A stretch of 63,846 nt of DNA, the filler included, from Guillardia theta CCMP2712 (taxonomy: Eukaryota; Protista; Cryptophyta): the NCBI RefSeq assembly GCF_000315625.1. It is 6 parts of 6 records of this genome, joined end to end, with 100 filler letters (N's around TTAATTAATTAA, not from the genome) between each part and the next. Parts side by side here need not be neighbours in the genome. Positions count along the whole stretch, not along the records: positions 51,311 to 58,679 come from NW_005434170.1; positions 58,780 to 60,766 come from NW_005434530.1; positions 60,867 to 62,734 come from NW_005434617.1; positions 62,835 to 63,846 come from NW_005434059.1; 2 more parts are not named here. One strand, 5' to 3'. Below the pieces are notes generated by a model. The model had not been told where the DNA came from, made no database searches, and worked only from the letters and a program-made list of their open reading frames with translations. Below are positions 53,398 through 63,846 of the stretch, in pieces (positions within the stretch are counted from its first letter, which is position 1; each line of letters begins with the position of its first letter). A program made the translations under genes and the position numbers.

Positions 53398-54871
53398 CGC
53401 TACATGCCCCCAGAGTCCATGCAGAGAGGCCGGTGCTCGGAGAAGAGCGACGTGTGGGCTACGGGGTCACGTGCTGGGAGATCCTGACTCGGGCATGACC
53501 CCATACTACCCCATGACGGACCCGACTGTGATCGGGTACGTGTGCGGGGGTGGGAGGCTGCCTCGAGAGCACCTCCTCGGAGGGTGCCCGGACGGGTTGT
53601 GGGCCCTGCTGGAGAGCTGCTGGGCGACGAGGGAGGAGGACCGCCCGAGGTTCGCCGAGCTTGCGGTAGCTGTAGGAAGAGCCGGAGCCGAGGGGGATGA
53701 GGGGGCTGCTGCATGGACATGGTCAGACAGGACGCCTGGACAGCAGCGGGCAGGGGCCGGCAACCAGTCGCTATGCCGAGGCATACGCAGCATGGCAGAA
53801 GCTGCATGGAGAAGGATCGGAGAGGCAGCGGGGGGAGGGATCGAGGCGGTGGCGAGGAGAGTCAGGAAGCGCAAGTACGCAGAGCTCGTGGAGCTGCAAG
53901 AGTCAGCTTGCATCGCCTTGGAGTCCACGGGCAGCGACGCTCTCAGCTCGCTGAGGACGGGAGCTCAGGCGCTGCCGGTCGGGATGGAGCAGCCGGCAAG
54001 GGAGGCATGGAGGCTGCTGAGGACGGGAGCTGACGACAGCATAGAGGCGGTGATGCAGGAGATGAGGACGTACGAGGCTCTCGCGGAGGTACAGCAGGCT
54101 GCGTGCGAAGCCTTGGTCAGCATGGCTCAGCACGGGGAGGCTGACAAGCTCAAGGCGCGAGAGGCGGGAGCGATCGAGGCCGTCGTCAGCGCCATGACCA
54201 CGCACACGGACGACGCGGGGGTACAGCAGGCTGCGTGCGAAGCCTTGCGCTTCACTGTCAGCTTCAGGGACGAGAGCCAGGTGCAGGCGCGAGAGGCGGG
54301 AGCGATCGAGGCCGTCGTCAGCGCCTTGTCCAGGCACGCAGTCGACGCGGGGGTACAGCAGGCTGCGTGCTGGGCCCTGAGACATACCATCAGTGTCATC
54401 AAAGAGAGCCAGGCGCGGGCACGAGAGGCGGGAGCGATCGAGGCCGTCGTCAGCGCCATGTCCAGGCACCAGAGCAACGCAAAGATACAGCAAGGTCTAT
54501 GCGAGGTGATGACAGCGATAGCCGAGAGCCACGAGCAGAACAAGCTCCCGGCCATGCAGGCGGGAGCGATCGAGGCCGTCGTCAGCGCCATGACCAGACA
54601 CGCGGAAGACGCTGGGGTACAAGGATCTTCCTGTGAAGCACTTGAGAGCATGACGGAGTGCATGGCAGACAGTCAGGCGCGGGCGCGCGAGGCGGGAGCG
54701 ATCGAGGCGTTAGTGAGGGCGATGTCCAGGCACGCGGACGACGGTAGCGTACAGCAGGCTGCGTGCAGGGCCCTGAGACATACCGTCAGCCGCATCAAAG
54801 AGAGCAAGGCGCGGGCACGAGAGGCGGGAGCGATCGAGGCCGTCGTCAGCGCCATGTCCACGCACGCGGAC
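53398..54871 (+). CDS. Tyrosine-kinase-like C-lobe fused to armadillo repeats (partial, between gaps)
   Basis: RYMPPE, KSDVW, YGVTCWEILT, GMTPY, CPDGLWALLESCW..EEDRPRF; then 44-aa (132-bp) repeats AGAIEAVVSAM..H..DAGVQQAAC.AL. Confidence 0.85.
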
Positions 54872-56558
54872 NNNNNNNNNNNNNNNNNNNNNNNNNNNNN
54901 NNNNNNNNNNNNNNNNNNNNNNNNNNNNNNNNNNNNNNNNNNNNNNNNNNNNNNNNNNNNNNNNNNNNNNNNNNNNNNNNNNNNNNNNNNNNNNNNNNNN
55001 NNNNNNNNNNNNNNNNNNNNNNNNNNNNNNNNNNNNNNNNNNNNNNNNNNNNNNNNNNNNNNNNNNNNNNNNNNNNNNNNNNNNNNNNNNNNNNNNNNNN
55101 NNNNNNNNNNNNNNNNNNNNNNNNNNNNNNNNNNNNNNNNNNNNNNNNNNNNNNNNNNNNNNNNNNNNNNNNNNNNNNNNNNNNNNNNNNNNNNNNNNNN
55201 NNNNNNNNNNNNNNNNNNNNNNNNNNNNNNNNNNNNNNNNNNNNNNNNNNNNNNNNNNNNNNNNNNNNNNNNNNNNNNNNNNNNNNNNNNNNNNNNNNNN
55301 NNNNNNNNNNNNNNNNNNNNNNNNNNNNNNNNNNNNNNNNNNNNNNNNNNNNNNNNNNNNNNNNNNNNNNNNNNNNNNNNNNNNNNNNNNNNNNNNNNNN
55401 NNNNNNNNNNNNNNNNNNNNNNNNNNNNNNNNNNNNNNNNNNNNNNNNNNNNNNNNNNNNNNNNNNNNNNNNNNNNNNNNNNNNNNNNNNNNNNNNNNNN
55501 NNNNNNNNNNNNNNNNNNNNNNNNNNNNNNNNNNNNNNNNNNNNNNNNNNNNNNNNNNNNNNNNNNNNNNNNNNNNNNNNNNNNNNNNNNNNNNNNNNNN
55601 NNNNNNNNNNNNNNNNNNNNNNNNNNNNNNNNNNNNNNAGGCGGGGATGGCGGGGAAGGGACAGAGCTTGTTCGTGCTGCTAGGGGCAAGAGCTGGCGGT
55701 GAGACGAGCGTCGAGCAGGGGGCTGAAGCTTTCTCAGCTTGTCGGTCAATGTTGCGGTCAACCTTGATNNNNNNNNNNNNNNNNNNNNNNNNNNNNNNNN
55801 NNNNNNNNNNNNNNNNNNNNNNNNNNNNNNNNNNNNNNNNNNNNNNNNNNNNNNNNNNNNNNNNNNNNNNNNNNNNNNNNNNNNNNNNNNNNNNNNNNNN
55901 NNNNNNNNNNNNNNNNNNNNNNNNNNNNNNNNNNNNNNNNNNNNNNNNNNNNNNNNNNNNNNNNNNNNNNNNNNNNNNNNNNNNNNNNNNNNNNNNNNNN
56001 NNNNNNNNNNNNNNNNNNNNNNNNNNNNNNNNNNNNNNNNNNNNNNNNNNNNNNNNNNNNNNNNNNNNNNNNNNNNNNNNNNNNNNNNNNNNNNNNNNNN
56101 NNNNNNNNNNNNNNNNNNNNNNNNNNNNNNNNNNNNNNNNNNNNNNNNNNNNNNNNNNNNNNNNNNNNNNNNNNNNNNNNNNNNNNNNNNNNNNNNNNNN
56201 NNNNNNNNNNNNNNNNNNNNNNNNNNNNNNNNNNNNNNNNNNNNNNNNNNNNNNNNNNNNNNNNNNNNNNNNNNNNNNNNNNNNNNNNNNNNNNNNNNNN
56301 NNNNNNNNNNNNNNNNNNNNNNNNNNNNNNNNNNNNNNNNNNNNNNNNNNNNNNNNNNNNNNNNNNNNNNNNNNNNNNNNNNNNNNNNNNNNNNNNNNNN
56401 NNNNNNNNNNNNNNNNNNNNNNNNNNNNNNNNNNNNNNNNNNNNNNNNNNNNNNNNNNNNNNNNNNNNNNNNNNNNNNNNNNNNNNNNNNNNNNNNNNNN
56501 NNNNNNNNNNNNNNNNNNNNNNNNNNNNNNNNNNNNNNNNNNNNNNNNNNNNNNNNNA

Positions 56559-56686
56559 TGCACAAGTGAGCTTGCTCACCGATGCACAAGTGAGCTTGCT
56601 CACCGATGCACAAGTGAGCTTGCTCACCGATGCACAAGTGAGCTTGCTCACCGATGCACAAGTGAGCTTGCTCACCGATCCACAAG
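56559..56686. repeat. 24-bp tandem repeat ATGCACAAGTGAGCTTGCTCACCG, at least 5 copies, runs into a gap
   Basis: Directly visible; each unit contains the inverted repeat GTGAGC-TT-GCTCAC. Confidence 0.95.
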
Positions 56687-57999
56687 TAGCTCCGGCAGTC
56701 TCTCATGTGTAAGGCTAGCCACCAGTAGCTCTGTGACATCAACACGTCCCTCGATCGCAGTCTCCTGGGAGTTGCTGATTTGATCCTACTCAAAGCTGAC
56801 GATCAAGAGACTTGAAATAACAGTCAGACTCGGAATCGACTAGTACCTCCCAGTGTTTTCCGGCAACTTCATGTCCGGTCCGCAGTGTAGCTGATATCCG
56901 ACCGACCAATCTGGCTGGGGAGAGGCTTGTTGTTCCTAGAGTGCATCCGAAGATCGATCAAACAGATTGTGGCTGGGATACTAGTGATAGGGCTGACTTG
57001 AAACAACTTGCGGCTAGAGAGAGAGCCTGATTGAAGAGAAGAGTCATCCGAATGTGTGTAGCGAGACTTGATGGGATTGCACGAGTTTGCAGCAGAAACG
57101 AAAAAAACACCAACAAACAGAACCTGCAGAAAATAACAGGAATGACCATACATGAGATCAACATGGTTGGCATGTATACGAGGCTTGAGACTCCTGGGTC
57201 ATGACGGATCGAAATCAAGCTTGTTGCAAGTGGACCGACGTTGTGTGACGCACGGAAGTCTCGAGTCTGATTTTGAAAGCAGACCCGAGAATTTCAAAGT
57301 CTTTGAGACTTNNNNNNNNNNNNNNNNNNNNNNNNNNNNNNNNNNNNNNNNNNNNNNNNNNNNNNNNNNNNNNNNNNNNNNNNNNNNNNNNNNNNNNNNN
57401 NNNNNNNNNNNNNNNNNNNNNNNNNNNNNNNNNNNNNNNNNNNNNNNNNNNNNNNNNNNNNNNNNNNNNNNNNNNNNNNNNNNNNNNNNNNNNNNNNNNN
57501 NNNNNNNNNNNNNNNNNNNNNNNNNNNNNNNNNNNNNNNNNNNNNNNNNNNNNNNNNNNNNNNNNNNNNNNNNNNNNNNNNNNNNNNNNNNNNNNNNNNN
57601 NNNNNNNNNNNNNNNNNNNNNNNNNNNNNNNNNNNNNNNNNNNNNNNNNNNNNNNNNNNNNNNNNNNNNNNNNNNNNNNNNNNNNNNNNNNNAAAGACCA
57701 CCATCAGAAGCATGACGACTGAGTCACTCTCTCTCCTCTCTCATGGACGCGATTCCAACCCCCCCGATGTGTTCATCCATCCTCCCCTTGGACAAGACAA
57801 GGTCTCCAACCTCTTCCTCCTGAATGCCGGTTTTCGCTGCCTCCTTCGTTTCCTAGTATTTTATTGAGGCGGTTTGTTTGGTTCTATCCTCCCCCTCCTT
57901 TGTTTGCTCCGGTTTGTCCTTCTTTTTCAGTCAATAAATTGAATGATCACTTGCTTTCCTTTCTCTCCTCCCATGCATCTCTCCCTCGCACCCATCACG

Positions 58000-58176
58000 C
58001 CATCTTGCTCTAGAGTCACTTTGCTCGGACTCTTGTTTGTCTTGGCAACACCTTCTTCCATCTTGCTCTAGAGTCACTTTGCTCGGACTCTTGTTTGTCT
58101 TGGCAACACCTTCTTCCATCTTGCTCTAGAGTCACTTTGCTCGGACTCTTGTTTGTCTTGGCAACACCTTCTTCCA
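58000..58176. repeat. 58-bp perfect tandem repeat, 3 copies
   Basis: Units start at 58000, 58058 and 58116. Confidence 0.95.
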
Positions 58177-60923
58177 CTCTCCCGCGTGAGACGCTGTCAT
58201 CGGTCACCTGACGCCGCGCGTCGACCCTAGACGAAGAGACAAGTTGGTTCGTGCCGAGCATCGTTTGTCCCAAGAGTCATCGTGTGCTGATCAGGGGGTT
58301 CTCAGCTGCCCCCGGCTCTGATCTCATTACTGCTCCTCGGGTCACTGAGCACTCGCTCACACAGTGTGTAACTCCGGATCTTGAATGTTTGATCGATCAG
58401 AGTTCGTTTCACTCTACTGCGTCTCACAACATTCAGTAACGAGGAGAACAGTCACATAGTGTAGCCGTTCTCTTTGGTTGCCAGGTCAGTTCACCCCACG
58501 TCTCTTGGTACTAACTTTAGTCTATTTCAAACCTAAATTCAGTTGAGTCAAGAAGGAAAAGTCAGGTGGGCAATTTGGTCAAATGAGTCAAATGATTACG
58601 AGGGGACGATGAGGCGGAGGAGCTGAGAGGATGTGGTCATGAAGCTGGCCGGGCTGTAGTGACGTCTAGTCATCATTGANNNNNNNNNNNNNNNNNNNNN
58701 NNNNNNNNNNNNNNNNNNNNNNNTTAATTAATTAANNNNNNNNNNNNNNNNNNNNNNNNNNNNNNNNNNNNNNNNNNNNTTCTCCTCCTCCTCCTTCCTC
58801 CTCCTCCTCCTTCTCCTCCTCCTCCTTCTCCTCCTCCTCCTTCTCCTGCTTCCTCTTGTCTTGCACCTGCTGCTAGCCCTCCCTGCTATCAGCACATGCA
58901 CTTGTTTTTCTTGCTCTTCACTTAGCACCCTGTGGTCACCCTTCCTCTTTCATCGCGCTCGACTGCAAACACATGGCGAGCTCTTTTACGTCCTGTTACC
59001 TTCTGTTCACCCTCTTGCTCTTTTCCTTGCCTCTCCTCCTGACTCTCTGCAGACTCTCTCAAGAGCGGATGGCTCTGGCCCCAATCTCGAAGAGCTGCAA
59101 CAAGGTGAAAAACAACGAGTCTGGCAGGCAGGCAGGCAGGCAGGCAGTCTCGAGAGGAAGGAGAAGAGAAGAGGACAGGGAGGAGGGAAGGACGCTGATG
59201 AAAGCGTCAGGGAGATGGGGGAGGTGAAATCGATGCGCAATTAATCTTTTGTGGTTTGCTAGATCTTCTCCTAACCAAAGAAGCGCTGCAGCTGCTCCTG
59301 TGCATGATCACCAGCAGCAGGCGGGGAAAACTGTCAGTCCTCTTGCTTGGCCGAGTACGAGTAATCTCCTGCGCCTCCTCCTCCTGCTACTACTACTACT
59401 ACTCCGCATCCTTCTGCTCCTCCTGCTCCTGCATCTTCTTCTCTTCCCCCCGCCCCCCGCCCCCCCTCCCTTCCTTTGCTTCCTTCCTCCCTCTTCCCCC
59501 GCCCCCTTCTCTTCTGAAGCTTCCAAGTGTTCTCTTCACCTGTTCGCTCCCCCCCGCTCTTCTTCTCTCCTCTTGCATTCGGTTCTCATGCTCGGTCCTC
59601 AGGTTCTTCTGGTCCCAGCAGGGCAACGAAAGCAGAAACAACTCCTCACAGGTCTTGCTCCTCCCCGAGCATACTAGCATGACGCCTTGTGCAGTTCGAG
59701 CTTTGCTTCCCGTCTTTCTCCTCCCCTCGTCACTCGTTCCGAGCACTCGACTAGAGTCAGAGGCTTCGGCTCGAGCTTGACATGGCCAGCGAGGATGGAG
59801 ACCACTGGACCGGCAGGAGCAGGAGCAGGAGCAGGGGCAAGGGCAGAAACCCAGAATCGTATCGTCTCCTCCTCTCCTCTCGTCGTCGAAGCTCGTCCCT
59901 ACGTTGCCGCTTCATCAGCAAGGGTAACTCAGTTGGCAAGCGGGACGAGGGCTGCTGGGACGCAGCTGAAGGAAGAGGGAGCGAAGGAGGAGGAGAGGGG
60001 AGTGAGCAGGCCACTGGTGTCAGAGAAGGAGCAGAGAGTCTCTTTGAAGTCAAGACAGGTGCAAACTCCCTCGTTCTTGTCTTCCCTAGTTCTTGTCCTC
60101 TTCGCGATCAGCCGTTACCGCCTCTCCTTTCTTCCTTTCGTCCTCTCCTCTCTTCCCCCTCTTTTCCTCCTCTCTCCCTCCTCTCCTCTTATCTCCTCCT
60201 CTCTTCCCACCTCCCAACCTCCTCTTGTCTCCTCCTCTCCTTGTCTCTGACTCACCAGCAGGAACGGCTTGCTCTCGCGTTAGCCAAGGAAGTTCTCAGC
60301 TCAGCCAAGTCCCTCAAGAGTCCTGAGAGCGACAGAAGACCTTGAAAAAAGGAGGAGAAGCGCCGAGAAGAGGAGGAGGAGAGAGGGAGGGGGACGAGAG
60401 GGGGAGGAGGAGAGGAAGGGAGGAAGGAGTAGAGTAGGAGGATCAGACAAGCAAGAAGTTGGTGAAAGTTAATGCTGGACAGCAGCAGCTGATTGCAAAC
60501 CTTTTAATATCAAACAAACAGCAAAACCTCCTTCCTATCACTTGCACTCCATTGATCATTCTCCTATAATGCCCTTCGTTCTCCTCCTCCTCCTCCTCCT
60601 CCTCGTCCTCGTCCTCCTCGTCCTCCTGCTCAGCCTCCTGCTCCTGCTCAGCCTCCTCTTCTCAAACGTCGTCTGTTCTCATTCTCGAATACGCTGGCGA
60701 CAAGTCGTGACGAGCCAGATACCAGCGCCTGATGAGAGTCATTGACCATCTCCTCCTCCTCCTCCTNNNNNNNNNNNNNNNNNNNNNNNNNNNNNNNNNN
60801 NNNNNNNNNNTTAATTAATTAANNNNNNNNNNNNNNNNNNNNNNNNNNNNNNNNNNNNNNNNNNNNCAACATCATGGATCTCACTTGGGCTTCGAGTGAT
60901 GAATCTAGCGACGATGAGGAGGT

Positions 60924-61063
60924 ATGATGATGATGATGATGATGATGATGACGACGACGACGACGACGATGATGATGATGATGATGATGATGACGACGAC
61001 GACGACGACGATGATGATGATGATGATGATGACGACGACGACGACGACGATGATGATGATGAT

Positions 61064-61128
<65 letters not shown>

Positions 61129-61133
61129 TGATG
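60924..61133. repeat. (GAT/GAC)n compound microsatellite, probably intronic
   Basis: Follows GTATGA; yields poly-D/M/S ORFs. Confidence 0.9.
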
Positions 61134-61194
61134 AGAATGACGGCAAGGATTCTACATCACATCAGTGCGCTACTCCTTGACACGTGTTGCACTA

Positions 61195-61903
61195 GGACAA
61201 TCGAGTTGTCCACATCCTCAGCACTGAGGACCAAATCCCGGACGGACAGGAAGGTGCAAACATGATCACCTCCGCCATGAAGATCAACGTAGAGGAGGAG
61301 AACTCCCGCAGGAGGGAGGAGGAGGAGGAGGAGGAGGAGGAGGAGGAGAGGAGGAGGGAGAGAGAGGCAGAGGACTCGGAGAAGGGCAAGGGTCAGGCTG
61401 GCCAAGCGCTGCCACCTGCCGCTATTCGCACCCCAGATGCTAAGAAACCAGAGATAGGGGAGGATGTCGAAGAGGCGCATGTAAGTGTTGGGAGGGCAAC
61501 GGGAGAGGACGGAGGGGAACGAGGGCAAGGGAACGGGAGGGGAGGGAGGAGGGAGGGAGGACGGAGAGAGGACGGAGAGAGGACGGAGAGAGGAGGGAGC
61601 GAGGAGGGAGGGAGGAGGGAGAGAGGAGGGAGGGAGGAGGGAGGGAGGAGAGAGAGAAGAGGAGGCGAAGGAGGAGGGATGTAGGGAAGGGATAGAAGGA
61701 AGACGGGTAGACGGAGGGAGGGAAGAGAGGGAGGGATCAAATGTTACATGGGTGCGGGGCGGATGAAAAATTCCTCGTAGGTGACCTGGACAAGGGAGTG
61801 GTGGGAGGAGGAGCAGAATTCAACAGCAGCTCGAGCATGCTGGAGTTTGAGGAGGTAGAGAATGTCCACCTTCCCCTTCCTCCTACCGTACAAACAGACC
61901 TCT

Positions 61904-61944
<41 letters not shown>

Positions 61945-62170
61945 TTCCTCGTCCTCGTCCTCGTTTCATGTATCGGCTTTGACGGAAAGTCAAGTTTATC
62001 CTTCAGACATGCTCGCCTCATCCCTGTGCGGGTAAGAGGAGGCGGAAAAGTTGAGATAGTGGAGGAGGAGGAGGAGGAGGAGGAGGAGGAGGAGGAGGAG
62101 GAGGAGGAGGAGGCATGACTTCAAGTGCAGGAGCTGAGGATGAGCTTGGAGCTGATCGTCAGGCTTGCTA
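61195..62170 (+). CDS. 3' exons of an acidic hypothetical protein
   Basis: Tentative GT-AG chain ...EDVEEAH / ...MLEFEE / TCSPHPCAG / AEDELGADRQAC*. Confidence 0.35.
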
Positions 62171-62448
62171 ATGACGAGGATACGGAGAATGCCGCGACCT
62201 GGGCGCTACTTGCCCTCGATCGATAGATCCCTTCCTCTCCTCCCTGCCCTTTTCCTTCCTCCTCCTCCCCCCTTCCTTTCCCTTCCTCCTCCTCCTTGCA
62301 TCCTCCTCTACCCCACTTACTCCTCCCAGCCCCCCTCACTCCTCTTCCTCCATTTCCTCCTCCCGCTCTTCCTCCCCTCCTCGTCCTCGTCCTTGTTCTG
62401 ATTCGTGTTCTCCTCCCTTTGTCCTCCCCCCGCCCCCGCTTCTCCTCA

Positions 62449-62734
62449 GAACGTCATCGCGTTCAACTGGTGCAGCGTGACAGGAAACCCTGTCTCCTTC
62501 ATGGGCTGGTTGTGCCTCACCATCCCTTACTGTGGTATCCTCTTGCTGGCTGCATGGTACATCATCCGCTTCCGGTATCCTCCCCAGCTGAGGACCCTAC
62601 AGATCTCAGAGCTGACACGAGAGCAGCCGAGGATGAACTCTGTCACAGGTCCTGGCCTTGGGCGTCACAACTGCACTGTCGTGGCGTGGGCATTTTGGAA
62701 GCCTCTCGATCTCGAGCCGATCTTCGGCTCCATG
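62449..62734 (+). CDS. Internal exon of an SLC13/Pho87-type anion permease
   Basis: NVIAFNW...PVSFMGWLCLTIPYCGILLLAAWYII.F.YPP resembles the SLC13 N..A....ISF..W....LP segment. Confidence 0.6.
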
Positions 62735-63846
62735 NNNNNNNNNNNNNNNNNNNNNNNNNNNNNNNNNNNNNNNNNNNNTTAATTAATTAANNNNNNNNNN
62801 NNNNNNNNNNNNNNNNNNNNNNNNNNNNNNNNNNATGGCAGAATAATCATAAGATACTTCCCTGTGATGAATGATTTTTGAATTGCATATTTTCCACATG
62901 CGATGCCTTGAAGATTTGTTTGATGGAGATTGCATCATTTTGCAGATCCACGTAATTAGTCAAGCTCACTTGTTATATTAGACATCAAGCATTGCATAGA
63001 TTGTTTCACAAGATTTCTGCATGCATTTCGCCTACTGCAGTTAGGATGTTTGATTGCATGTAAACACTGATGCCGCCAGAGGCAATCAAGACATCTTAAG
63101 CCTTGAACACCGTCGAGAGTCTCCACTTCTCAGATTTGCAGAGTGTGTTGATTTCTTGATGCGTGGGATTAGTTTTGAGCGTTCATCTAGCTGTGATGTC
63201 GGACATTTGAACCGTCAACACAGTATGCACACATGTATTATTTGTTCTATTGTGAAATAAAGTGATCTCAGTCTTGCATTCGAGGCCATGCTAAAGAGCA
63301 TTTCTGTATCTTCTTTCATTTCACATAAATGCAGAATGCATGCAGGGGTTGAATGATGATGAAAACATCGCTTCCCCTGTAGACCATTCCGACTCACTGT
63401 AAGCTTGGGATCGACATCACAAGTGGTAGTGATCTGATTGCAGAAATCTTTATACATTCATGAGGTATCATTCTTTGCAATAATCTCATTACAATGACAA
63501 CCGCAAGTAGCATCAAATACATGTTCAATGGTCAGCACAATAAGCCTCACATTGGTTTCTTCGTTGTGCCTGCATAGCAGAGATACATCAAAAAGTTGCA
63601 AATAAACCTAATTATGCACAATGTATGCTTGTAGCTCTAGTAAGCCACATTGATTGCTGTAGGATTCTCATCCTGTGGTTGAAACAGACTTTCCATGTCG
63701 CCACAGCTACGTGGAGCATGTTGATCCTTGAGCATCTTGAATGCATGCTCAAGCAGAAATAATGTGAAGATGTTGCTTTTGAGGATCTGAACTGCAATTA
63801 CTTGAATTTTTCTAGACCGTCGAGGAACAAGTGCATGAAAGCACCT

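Noticed and set aside
52535-56793. Very long ORFs (1055, 706, 617 aa)
   Set aside because: Artefacts of translating through N runs
62835-63846. AT-rich terminal contig with short ORFs
   Set aside because: No recognisable domain or consistent exon chain

Overview
Eukaryotic nuclear draft-genome window: intron-rich genes (many 45-70 bp GT-AG introns, others swollen by microsatellites) and N gaps, five containing the linker TTAATTAATTAA. The style and gene content (RWP-RK, AP2, kinesin-2, selenoprotein) suggest a flagellated alga, probably a cryptophyte such as Guillardia (inference). Recognisable genes: FAM98-like, truncated ion-channel S6+EF-hand, divergent PARP-domain protein, RPL22, PRP4 kinase, TBC-like, kinesin-2, RWP-RK factor plus an inverted relic, CCDC47, AP2/C2H2 factor, cytochrome b5, selenoprotein T, DHHC palmitoyltransferase, METTL21-like methyltransferase, sulfotransferase-like, kinase-ARM, and an SLC13-like exon. 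Highlights: a SelT split in the ORF track by an in-frame UGA, with an unusual CxxxU motif and a clear type II SECIS; strand-oriented GGGGTA(C) arrays and CCGG/GGCC islands upstream of many genes; a ~1.55 kb palindrome with a hairpin centre; a PARP domain lacking the catalytic His and Glu; an AP2 protein with an unfamiliar paired Cys/His motif. Gene models were spliced by eye and some ends are approximate.
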